Part shown: one piece after another, positions 15,907-24,432 of the stretch | Layout of the letters: each line of letters opens with the position of its first letter | Numbering within the stretch: the stretch's first letter is position 1 | IMG/VR virus record: IMGVR_UViG_3300030332_000013 | Location: 1-24,432 of that record | Source: a virus | Taxonomy: Duplodnaviria > Caudoviricetes | DNA: 24,432 nucleotides | Reading direction: 5' to 3' (one strand) | The notes under the pieces: generated by a model | What the model saw: the letters and a program-made list of their open reading frames with translations, nothing else | Told to the model about the DNA's origin: nothing | Database searches by the model: none | Program-made: the position numbers and the translations under genes

Positions 15907-16425
15907 ATGTGTTCACCAGAAGCAGCACTTGCAGGTATTCAAATTATGGGCAAGTATGCGGCTTATCAAGACCAAAAGACTAAATATCGAACAGATGTTG
16001 CAGCTAATACAGTCGCTAAGAAAAACGCTAGTAGAGGTCTGCACGAAGATTTTGGTCAAATTGATTATCAAAAAGGTGAAGCTGTCTCCGAAAAAGTTAG
16101 AGAAACTGTAAGAGCAAAGATTGAGAAAATAAATGAAATGGCTACACAACTAAATTTAAATGTAGGGAACGCTTCATCTATTATGAAAGATGTTGGAACT
16201 GAATATGAAACAGACCACATGGACGTAGCTGTAGCTTACGATAGAGATATGATAGATTTAAACAGAAAAGAACTAGAAGCTTTTGGTGCGTATGAAAGAA
16301 CTATCAATGACTTACCTGTTCCTTATAAACCTAGTAAACTTGGATTAGCTATTGGAGTGGCTGAATCTACTTTACAATACCAAATAAATACAGACAGAGA
16401 TTTACTCTTTAGAAAGAACACATAG
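15907..16425 (+). CDS. internal virion (ejection) protein B (T7 gp14-like)
   Basis: MCSP start, size 172 aa, helical composition, synteny. Confidence 0.7.
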   Translation: MCSPEAALAGIQIMGKYAAYQDQKTKYRTDVAANTVAKKNASRGLHEDFGQIDYQKGEAVSEKVRETVRAKIEKINEMATQLNLNVGNASSIMKDVGTEYETDHMDVAVAYDRDMIDLNRKELEAFGAYERTINDLPVPYKPSKLGLAIGVAESTLQYQINTDRDLLFRKNT

Positions 16426-16433
16426 GATAAACA

Positions 16434-18518
16434 ATGGCATATAAATCACCAGTAAAAAATGTATATTATCAAAGCACGTCTGCTGGAAGACCTAGCACTC
16501 CTAGAAAAACAGAACTTGGAGAAATAGCGAATGCTCTCGATAGTTTTAGTGTGACTATGGGTAAATATGCTACACAACAGAAAAGTGAAGACCAAAAGAA
16601 TGCTCAAGCAGTATTTGATAAACTTAAAATGGAAGGGATTACTAACCCTGATGACATTCAAAAATTAATTAATAATAATGACCCTAAAGTTGAAGGCTTA
16701 CAAAAATATTGGGCGAAAGCTGTTATAGATACTAATTTTGCAATTACTCACGCTCTTGATGATGGTGACGCAGTTTCAGCAAATATTCATAAAACTATTG
16801 GTAATTCTACAGAAACAGGATTAACCTTTGCTGACGTTGATTTAGACAAAGAATTTGAAAATGTACAAAGAGATTTCTCAGAAAAATCTACTTCTTATGT
16901 TCGTGCTTATACTGAAGCTTTTCAAAAAATTCAATTAGATTTCCAAGATAAAAAATTAGTTGCTGACGCTGAACGATTAAATTTAGAAAAACGAAGTGCA
17001 GCTCATACACAGTTAACTCACAATTGGGACAATACGAAACCTGAAGATAAATGGACTATGCTTCAATTATGGTATCAAGATAAAACTTCTACTACTTCAA
17101 AAGGAAATAAAAATGGTAAAGGATTTTTATTAGCTGAAGAAGCTAACAGACTTATTCTAAATTTCTTAGAAGAACGTGTTCAAACTACATCTAGTGCAAC
17201 TGAATTAATGTCTATCAAAGAGATGTTAATAAAACAAAGAGTTACTAAAAATAAAGAATTACTACCTTCTTTTAAAGATGATTTAGTTCATCAAACTCAA
17301 GCAAGAAAAATTTGGAAACATCTTCTAAAGAAACAAAAAACTATGCTTGATAATGCAAATGTAGAACAAATGTATTTTGAAGGAGTAGCACACAAAAGTG
17401 TTTATAAGGGTAAAAATATTTCTGACGCTAAAAAGAAATTAGCTGAAACTAATATACTTAAAAAGATAACTGCTTTAGTAGAACAAGAAGCTCATGCTTA
17501 TAATAATAATAATCCTAACTTACCAAAATTTGATAAAGAAATTAGAATTGATTCATATATCGCAAGTATTATGTCTAAAAATTCTGTTGTCTTTACTCCT
17601 TGGAAAGAAGAACTAGAACACGCATTAGGTGTTATTAACAATACTAATATTTTCGACATTGATAATGTAGAAAACTTTATGATTGGCTACAATAGATTTA
17701 AAAAATTAAAAAGATTAGGACAAGACAATAATCCTAAAGCTGACTATTTAACTGGAAGAGAAGAATTATTCTATGAAGGTGTTTTAGCTTTAGAAAGAAA
17801 TGGAATAGAAGTTAATCAAGCTGTAGCAAAAATGTGGCAGTTTATTAACAATGATGATTATGTAAAAGAATTTGAAGCTATAGATAATATAGCTGATATG
17901 CGAACTGCAATTGATAACTATTTTGACGCTTGGGGTTGGGACGACAATACTGAAACAAATCCTCAAGTACAGGAAGCTATGCGTATAGCTAAAATTTTAA
18001 GAATAACAGGAGTCCCTGAAGCAACAGCGTATGAACAAGCAGCTAAAATGGTTACAGATTCTTATATTTCTGTAGATGGTATTCTTTGGAATAGACGAAA
18101 AATGCCTAACGGAAATAAAGGATTAGAAAAAGAATTAACAGTTAAATCAAAAGAAATTTCAAAAATAATTGAAGATAAATATGAATATTATGATGAAGGT
18201 GATTTAGTTTTAGCACCTTGGTTTGGTAATATGTATGTGGTTATGGAACGAAATACTAGACTTCCAGCACAAGTAGATGGTAAAGCTTTTGCTTTTACCT
18301 ATGCTGAAGTATTTGGTGACGGAGAAAATTCTTTAAGTAAACTATTAGCTGAAAATGGAATTAATAAAGCACATATAGAAAAAAATGCAGAAATATTAAA
18401 GCTATTAGATGATAAAGATATGGAAGACTTAAAAAATCTTTCTGAAAACGAACTAAAAGCAATAGAAGAAATAACAACTTTTGATGAAAAACTTCACAAC
18501 AAAAAGAAGAATAAATAA
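16434..18518 (+). CDS. internal virion (ejection) protein C (T7 gp15-like)
   Basis: 694 aa, helical composition, synteny only. Confidence 0.65.
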   Translation: MAYKSPVKNVYYQSTSAGRPSTPRKTELGEIANALDSFSVTMGKYATQQKSEDQKNAQAVFDKLKMEGITNPDDIQKLINNNDPKVEGLQKYWAKAVIDTNFAITHALDDGDAVSANIHKTIGNSTETGLTFADVDLDKEFENVQRDFSEKSTSYVRAYTEAFQKIQLDFQDKKLVADAERLNLEKRSAAHTQLTHNWDNTKPEDKWTMLQLWYQDKTSTTSKGNKNGKGFLLAEEANRLILNFLEERVQTTSSATELMSIKEMLIKQRVTKNKELLPSFKDDLVHQTQARKIWKHLLKKQKTMLDNANVEQMYFEGVAHKSVYKGKNISDAKKKLAETNILKKITALVEQEAHAYNNNNPNLPKFDKEIRIDSYIASIMSKNSVVFTPWKEELEHALGVINNTNIFDIDNVENFMIGYNRFKKLKRLGQDNNPKADYLTGREELFYEGVLALERNGIEVNQAVAKMWQFINNDDYVKEFEAIDNIADMRTAIDNYFDAWGWDDNTETNPQVQEAMRIAKILRITGVPEATAYEQAAKMVTDSYISVDGILWNRRKMPNGNKGLEKELTVKSKEISKIIEDKYEYYDEGDLVLAPWFGNMYVVMERNTRLPAQVDGKAFAFTYAEVFGDGENSLSKLLAENGINKAHIEKNAEILKLLDDKDMEDLKNLSENELKAIEEITTFDEKLHNKKKNK

Positions 18519-20491
18519 TGAATGAAGAATGGATAGATAAGTTTTTAGAAAAACTAGCTGAACATGAAGGAACTGAAGGTAGAAAAGTCGCTATAGAAGG
18601 TGGTAAAGGAACTAGAGGTTACGGCATTACTACCATTGCTAAAGGATTAATAAACTTTTTAACTTTAAATGGTTTAAATGCTGATGAAATGAGCGATAAA
18701 GATTTAGCTAAACAAATAGTTATTTACAATATTGACCAAATTAAAAATTCAATTGGTGAAGAAAATTGGAATAAACTACCAAACTCTATGAAAATGGTAG
18801 CGTCTGACCAATATTATAATGCTGGAAAATTATTTCCAGGTTTCAAAAAAGATTTAACAGATGGAAATTATAAATCAGCTTTGAAAAATACTTTAGATAT
18901 AGTCTTAGCTAATGATACTACAACAGGAAAAAGTGCAATATTAAATGGATTAATTAAGAGACGAATTGATTGGTATAATATAGCAGCTCAAGAATTAGGA
19001 TTTAATACAATTAATGATTTTTCAATTAATGATTCAGTTGTTGAAGGAAAGAAAACAGCTATTAATTATAACTACTCTGATGGAAGTGCTTTCACAATTG
19101 ACAGTAAAGCTGATATGCACTCTCAATCGCTAAAAAAAACTGACAAATTTTTCTTAGGAGATAAGACTTCTCTTTTAAGTACAGAAGCACAAGACGCAAT
19201 TAAAAATGTTAGAGATTCAGTTGACTCTGTTTCAGAAGTTACAGGAGTTCAATCAACAGATATAGACCAAGCTGGAAATTTCTTAACAAATTTTATTTCA
19301 GACTTACAAGGTATTAATGAAAAATATAAAGTTGAAGGCAAAACTGAATTAGAACAGATTGAAAATGAATATTTAGAAGAACAAGAAGATAAAGCTGAGA
19401 ATGAAGAACTTTTTAGAAATTCAAAAGAAACTTTTAGAATCGCTAATGAAGATGATATACGAGCAGAAATAGAAAAGCAGAATTTAGAATTACAAGAATA
19501 TGACCCTTTAGAAGGACATAAAAATCCTACTTTTCTAGAACCATTACCTGATGTTCCGTTTGTATCTAAGATAGACCAATTTCATATTGATAAAGCAAAT
19601 GAAGAATATAATGAAGAATTAGAAAAAGAAACTAGTCTATGGAATATTGCTGGTGCAGCAAAGGATATGGAATGGGTTTCTTCTTGGCTTTTGAAACACG
19701 CTGATAGAGAAGACTTAAATCCTAACCACGAATGGACAATAAGTGATTTTGTTCCTAACAAAGAACAAACAAGTGAAATATTAAAAGGTGTTAATCCTGA
19801 GTTTCATGCTGAAATTATAGAGTCAGGAAAGACTTTACCTGAAATGAAAATTTTAGCTAATAAATATCTTGATGTTCAGGAAAAAGAAAAGATATTAATG
19901 TCACACGGAGTAGTAACAGGAGTTACAGCAAGACTTCTTGCTGCTGTTTTAGACCCTTCAGCAATTATGTTGGCAATTGCAACAGACGGACTTATGGCTC
20001 CAGTTATTATTATGAACAAAGCAAATCGTCTTCAAAGAATTATTAGAGGTGGTTTTGCTGCGGCAACAACCAATGCAGCTATAGAAGGATTTTTAGTAAC
20101 ACAGAATCCTACTTTAGATTTAGATGATGTTCTAATAGCGACTGCGGCTGGATTTGTTTTAGGTGGAACTATAAGAGGAATTAGAAAAACTAAAATTGAT
20201 GAAGATGAGGCGGCACTTAATAAAGCTGTAGATGATTTTAAAAATGCAAAAGAAAAAGAATTAATAGATGATTCAGGTTTAAAACTTACTGAAAAAGGAA
20301 ATAAAAAATATAAGAAAGTTAAAACAACTGCTCAAGATGAGTATGATGAAGCGGCTCTGAAATATGATAAAACTATTCTTGAAAGAACAACTGGAAGAGC
20401 AGACGGAAATACTGAAATTAGAATGCCTGATGGTAAAGATAAATATATTGTTACTAAAGATGGTAAAGTAATTAAATGTGGAAGAATATAG
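18518..20491 (+). CDS. internal virion protein D, N-terminal part (gp16-like) with GH24-like lysozyme domain and hydrophobic segments
   Basis: HEG...GTRGYG and GLIKRR lysozyme motifs; Gly/Ala-rich hydrophobic region around residues 460-555; synteny. Confidence 0.72.
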   Translation: MNEEWIDKFLEKLAEHEGTEGRKVAIEGGKGTRGYGITTIAKGLINFLTLNGLNADEMSDKDLAKQIVIYNIDQIKNSIGEENWNKLPNSMKMVASDQYYNAGKLFPGFKKDLTDGNYKSALKNTLDIVLANDTTTGKSAILNGLIKRRIDWYNIAAQELGFNTINDFSINDSVVEGKKTAINYNYSDGSAFTIDSKADMHSQSLKKTDKFFLGDKTSLLSTEAQDAIKNVRDSVDSVSEVTGVQSTDIDQAGNFLTNFISDLQGINEKYKVEGKTELEQIENEYLEEQEDKAENEELFRNSKETFRIANEDDIRAEIEKQNLELQEYDPLEGHKNPTFLEPLPDVPFVSKIDQFHIDKANEEYNEELEKETSLWNIAGAAKDMEWVSSWLLKHADREDLNPNHEWTISDFVPNKEQTSEILKGVNPEFHAEIIESGKTLPEMKILANKYLDVQEKEKILMSHGVVTGVTARLLAAVLDPSAIMLAIATDGLMAPVIIMNKANRLQRIIRGGFAAATTNAAIEGFLVTQNPTLDLDDVLIATAAGFVLGGTIRGIRKTKIDEDEAALNKAVDDFKNAKEKELIDDSGLKLTEKGNKKYKKVKTTAQDEYDEAALKYDKTILERTTGRADGNTEIRMPDGKDKYIVTKDGKVIKCGRI

Positions 20492-20500
20492 GAATTAAAA

Positions 20501-23035
20501 ATGGCAGAATGTAATATAGAAGAATCACTAAAAGTAAATGGTGTAGCCCACGAAGGTGCTGATGAAATGGACGCTATGAGTTTTCTTTATATGAAACACA
20601 TGGCTAAACATTTAGAAGACGCAACAGAAAAAGGTACTTCAGCATTTGGCAAAGGAGATAAATATTGGAAATGGTTTAGATTTGATAGAGCTTCAGTAAC
20701 AGATATGTCTATCAGTAAAATAACAAGAGGTATTTCTAATATTTTATATGAAGGAATTGGTAGAAAAGGTAAAGATTGGGTTAGAGCAAGAACTATGTCT
20801 CAACACAAAACCTTTGAACTTAATAAAATAAGAACACAATTCTATAAAGCGAGAGTAGTTCAACATGACGCTTGGCTTAAAGAAAATAAATTAAAAGGTT
20901 TTAATATATACGGAAATACTAAAAGAGGTGAATTTAATGAATTGGTTACTAGGGCAATTAGAGGAGAGAAAATTGATAGTCCTGCTGTTCAAAAAATGGC
21001 AGATGCTCAAAGACAACAATATAGAGACCTTTTACAAATGGCGAAAGCTTCAGGAGTAAGGGGTGCTGAAAATATTGAAGAAAGTTTTAAATATATAAGC
21101 CGTATTTGGTCAGCTAGAAAATTAAGTGAACTTGTTGGAAAATTTGGACATAAAGAAGTGGTTAATTTCTTAGTTAGGGCTATGAGAGGTGGTGTTAACG
21201 CAAAAGAAAATCAAAAAATTGCTGAATATATTTTAGATGTAGTAAGATATGGAAAACCTAATGCAACTATAAATATCAGTAATATATTTAATGCGAAAGC
21301 AGCAGACCTTGATAGAATTTTAAAAGAAACAACAGATTTAGAACCTACAAAAATAAATCAAATTATTGGTTCTTTATTTCCAACAGGTGCAAAAGGCGGC
21401 ACAAATAAATTCTTTAGAAGTAGAAGAGTTAAATTAGATGAAACTTTTTCAGACAGTAAAATGTCTGTTTCAGATTTTCTTGAAAATGATTCAGAACTTT
21501 TATTTCTAAATTATGCTAATACTATGACTGGACAAATTGCTTTAGCACAAAGAGGTTTTAGGTCTGTATCTGATTGGGACACAATGATGAGAAACATTGA
21601 TAAGGAATGGGATAAGATTAAAAGAGAAACACCAGATTTATATAATGAAAGTGCAAGATTAAATGAAAAAGGGGCATTACAAAGTGGTTATGATTGGCTA
21701 GTAGGAAAACCTTTAGAAGAAGGATATGATAAAGGCTTTGGAGTTTTTGGAAGAATTATGCGTAAGTGGAATTTTTCTAGAATTATGGGTCAAGTAGGTT
21801 TTGCTCAGTTAGCTGAAATTGGAGTTTTAATTGCTAATGTAAGTTTAAGGCAAAGTATAAGACATATACCTGAACTTAGACGTATGATGAAGCGTTTAAA
21901 AAATGGTGATATAGATGATGATTTTATTAAAGAAGCTGAAGTATTATTTGGTGGCTTTGGGAGTGAAAGATTAATTCAACAAGTAGCTAACCAAACAGAT
22001 GAATTTGGCTCTCGAATGGCAGCTATAAAAACAAAATATCAAAAACTTGAAAGAGGATTAGATTACGCAAATAGATTTACAGCAGATGTTTCTGGTATGC
22101 ACTTAGTAAACCAAGCTATGAAAAGAATAGCTATCAAAGGCATTATGCAAAGATATTTAGATGAAGCTTTTGGTAAAGGAAGAGTAATGTCTGGTCAAAG
22201 ATTAAGAGACATAGGAATTTCTGATTCTATGCACAAAAGAATTTTACAACAACTTAAAGAACATTCAGATACTTTTGACGGTGCATTTACTAAACGAAAA
22301 ATTAGAAAAATGAATTTAGATAGATGGGACGACCAGGACGCAGCAAATACTTTAGCTATGTCTATAAATCGTTGGGGTAGAAGAACTATTCAAGAAAATG
22401 ATATTGGAGAAATGTTTTATAGAATCCCTGGAAAAGGAGTTCTTGGAGTAGACTCTACTTTAGGAAAAATGATGTATCAATTCAGAGGGTTTATGATGAC
22501 TGCTTATACAAAACATTTATTGCACGGAATTAAGATGAGTGACTTCCAGGCTTATATGGGATTTATAACTTCAATGTTCTTTGCGAGTATGGCAGGATAT
22601 GCTCAGATACAAGCACAAATGCTTTTAATGGGCAAAAGAGATAGAAAAGAATATTATGAAAAAAGATTCGGTAAAACTAACGCAGATTTGATAAAGAGTT
22701 TAGCAAAGATGGGCTTTCAACGGTCAGCTTTTGCTTCAATACTTCCAGCATTCATAGATAGTGGAACACAATTATTAGGGGGAGACCCTTTCTTTCACTA
22801 TCGGTCAACAGGATTAGCAACTAATATTATAGAAGGTAATCCAACTTATGATATGCTATGGAATAAAGGTTTTAAAGGAATTGGGGCTTCAATGAAGTCT
22901 CTATGGGATAAAGACTATGATTTTTCAGAGTCTCAATACAATAAATTAATGCAACTATTAATATTTCAAAATACTTTGGGTATTCAAAACGTAATTAGGA
23001 AAATAGGTGATACTACATTGCCTGAAAGACCCTAA
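20501..23035 (+). CDS. internal virion protein D, C-terminal part (gp16-like)
   Basis: 844 aa; GQVGFAQLAE, T.GK...QFR.F...AY.K.L patterns typical of gp16 C-termini; immediately before the tail fibre. Confidence 0.72.
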   Translation: MAECNIEESLKVNGVAHEGADEMDAMSFLYMKHMAKHLEDATEKGTSAFGKGDKYWKWFRFDRASVTDMSISKITRGISNILYEGIGRKGKDWVRARTMSQHKTFELNKIRTQFYKARVVQHDAWLKENKLKGFNIYGNTKRGEFNELVTRAIRGEKIDSPAVQKMADAQRQQYRDLLQMAKASGVRGAENIEESFKYISRIWSARKLSELVGKFGHKEVVNFLVRAMRGGVNAKENQKIAEYILDVVRYGKPNATINISNIFNAKAADLDRILKETTDLEPTKINQIIGSLFPTGAKGGTNKFFRSRRVKLDETFSDSKMSVSDFLENDSELLFLNYANTMTGQIALAQRGFRSVSDWDTMMRNIDKEWDKIKRETPDLYNESARLNEKGALQSGYDWLVGKPLEEGYDKGFGVFGRIMRKWNFSRIMGQVGFAQLAEIGVLIANVSLRQSIRHIPELRRMMKRLKNGDIDDDFIKEAEVLFGGFGSERLIQQVANQTDEFGSRMAAIKTKYQKLERGLDYANRFTADVSGMHLVNQAMKRIAIKGIMQRYLDEAFGKGRVMSGQRLRDIGISDSMHKRILQQLKEHSDTFDGAFTKRKIRKMNLDRWDDQDAANTLAMSINRWGRRTIQENDIGEMFYRIPGKGVLGVDSTLGKMMYQFRGFMMTAYTKHLLHGIKMSDFQAYMGFITSMFFASMAGYAQIQAQMLLMGKRDRKEYYEKRFGKTNADLIKSLAKMGFQRSAFASILPAFIDSGTQLLGGDPFFHYRSTGLATNIIEGNPTYDMLWNKGFKGIGASMKSLWDKDYDFSESQYNKLMQLLIFQNTLGIQNVIRKIGDTTLPERP

Positions 23036-23037
23036 AG

Positions 23038-23062
23038 AGTACCCATATTAGAAGGATATAGA
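23038..23062 (+). promoter_or_regulatory. putative phage RNA polymerase late promoter (copy 2)
   Basis: AGTACCCATATTAGAAGGATATAGA; intergenic before the tail fibre; 23/25 identical to 6720-6744. Confidence 0.7.
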
Positions 23063-23076
23063 AAAAAAGGAGATAA

Positions 23077-24432
23077 ATGGCTAACTCATTCGTAAGATAT
23101 ACAGGCAATGGTTCAACTGATGTTTATGCAGTAAGCTTCCCTTACAGAAGCCAATCGGACATAACAGTTACTATTGATGGTGTAGCTACAACTGCTTTCA
23201 CATGGAATGGTGCAGGAACTCAAATAACTTTCACTTCTCCACCTGGAAATTTAACTTCAATCCAAATTAAAAGAACTACAAGTCAAACTTCAAGATTAGT
23301 TGACTATGCGGCAGGTTCAGTTTTAACAGAAAATGATTTAGATACAGATTCGACTCAAGCATTCTATATAGGTCAAGAAGCTGTTGATGAAGCGAATGAT
23401 AGAATTGTTTTTGATGTGGCTGACTTTCAATGGGACGCAGGAAGTAAAAGAATTAAAAATGTAGCAAATCCTACAGCTAACCAAGACGCTGTTACAAAAT
23501 ATTATTTAGAAAACACTTGGTTATCAACTGCAGACAAAGCGAATTTAACTTCTGTAGCAGGAGTAGCTTCAGAAATTGCCTTATTAGGCACTACTGATGC
23601 TATTGCAGACATGAATACATTGGGAACGACAGCTATCGTTGCCGATTTAGATGCTGTAGCAGATAAAGTTACAGAAATTGGAAGATTAGGAACAGCAGAC
23701 GCAGTAGCCGACCTAGCAATTTTAGGAACTTCGGCAATCGTTACAGATTTAGATTTACTGGGTACATCAGCAGTCGTTACCGATATGGATTTATTGGCAA
23801 CGTCAGGAAATGTTACCAATATGGCAACTCTTGGAGCAAGTGGAGTTGTAACTAATATTGCGACAGTTGCAGGTCAAATTACACCAGCAAATAATATTTC
23901 AACTTTAGCAGGAATTTCTAGCGACATAACTGCTGTAGCAGGTATTGCTTCTGATATTGCAGACGTACAAGACAAGTTAGCAGAAATTGAAACTGCCGCA
24001 GATGATTTGAATGAAGCAACTTCAGAAATTGATACAGTTGCAGGAGCAATCACTAATATTGATTTAGTTGGAAATGCAATAGCAAATGTTAATTTAGTTG
24101 GTGGACAAATTTCTCCGACAAATAATATTTCTACAGTTGCTACAAATATTGTAGGAGTAACCAGTTTCGCAGAACGATATAGAGTTGGTGCTACTAATCC
24201 TACAGGTTCATTAGATGCAGGAGACTTATTCTTTAATACAGGAGACAGCACTCTCAAATATTATTCGGGAAGCACTTGGGCTTCTATTACAGCAGGTATT
24301 GGAAGTATAGCAGATGACACTACACCTCAATTAGGTGGGGATTTAGATTTAAATGGAAACAGTATAGATTTTCCAACAACACCAAATATTTCAGATGTAC
24401 TAGATGAAGATGCTATGGGTTCAGATAGTGCA
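23077..24432 (+). CDS. tail fibre protein (T7 gp17-like N-terminal adaptor), partial; runs off the window end
   Basis: Missing from the ORF track because there is no stop. AAGGAG SD; MANSFVRYTGNGST..Y.VSFPY, I.R.T....RLVDY..GSVL.E.DLD....QA.Y..QE, RIKNVANP...QDAVTK; 452 open codons. Confidence 0.93.
   Translation, partial: MANSFVRYTGNGSTDVYAVSFPYRSQSDITVTIDGVATTAFTWNGAGTQITFTSPPGNLTSIQIKRTTSQTSRLVDYAAGSVLTENDLDTDSTQAFYIGQEAVDEANDRIVFDVADFQWDAGSKRIKNVANPTANQDAVTKYYLENTWLSTADKANLTSVAGVASEIALLGTTDAIADMNTLGTTAIVADLDAVADKVTEIGRLGTADAVADLAILGTSAIVTDLDLLGTSAVVTDMDLLATSGNVTNMATLGASGVVTNIATVAGQITPANNISTLAGISSDITAVAGIASDIADVQDKLAEIETAADDLNEATSEIDTVAGAITNIDLVGNAIANVNLVGGQISPTNNISTVATNIVGVTSFAERYRVGATNPTGSLDAGDLFFNTGDSTLKYYSGSTWASITAGIGSIADDTTPQLGGDLDLNGNSIDFPTTPNISDVLDEDAMGSDSA
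23581..23865 (+). repeat. degenerate 12-codon tandem repeats in the tail fibre shaft
   Basis: LLGTTDAIADMN / TLGTTAIVADLD / ... / RLGTADAVADLA / ILGTSAIVTDLD / LLGTSAVVTDMD / LLATSGNVTNMA / TLGASGVVTNIA. Confidence 0.8.

Noticed and set aside
2688-16433. Genome-wide TAG reassignment as an explanation for the gp16 split
   Set aside because: TAG acts as a normal stop elsewhere (2688-2690, 3434-3436, 16423-16425), with the next gene in a different frame, and core genes are not fragmented.
621-16661. Other short minus-strand or alternative-frame ORFs in the track (e.g. 621-845, 2926-3165, 4623-4838, 8211-8411, 10356-10550, 15929-16111)
   Set aside because: They overlap well-supported + strand genes and have no recognisable motifs.
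20440-20560. Split intein at the gp16 junction
   Set aside because: Only 3 residues follow the Cys in the first ORF, and there is no His-Asn/Cys-Ser-Thr splice junction near the start of the second; no intein blocks are visible.
23502-24257. Minus-strand ORFs of 105 and 127 aa
   Set aside because: Antisense shadows of the repetitive tail fibre gene.
1-24432. CRISPR array, tRNA, integrase, transposase, intron or reverse transcriptase
   Set aside because: No regularly spaced repeats, cloverleaf or relevant protein motifs were seen; pol and nrdAB are uninterrupted.

Overview
This is an AT-rich 24.4-kb segment of a T7-like podovirus (Autographiviridae-type). Gene order and composition suggest a marine alphaproteobacterial (pelagiphage-like) phage, but the host is an inference. 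All credible genes are on the + strand. The replication and nucleotide-metabolism block has a family A DNA polymerase, a putative nuclease, a 5'-3' exonuclease, a DUF3310 protein and nrdA/nrdB. The morphogenesis block has small virion proteins, portal, scaffold, major capsid, an inserted Hsp20, tail tubular proteins A and B, internal virion proteins and a tail fibre cut off by the window end. Main observations: (1) the hsp20 leader has a ROSE-type RNA-thermometer hairpin, with UCGCU and a bulged G pairing with the Shine-Dalgarno (SD); (2) the gp16-like ejection protein is split into two in-frame ORFs at one TAG, and each half has its only cysteine 4 residues from the break; (3) a 25-nt repeat sits at the positions of T7 promoters phi6.5 and phi17 and is a probable phage RNA polymerase promoter; (4) an unannotated 20-aa poly-lysine ORF and a structured leader precede the capsid gene. 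All calls come from motif recognition by eye; no searches or folding programs were run.
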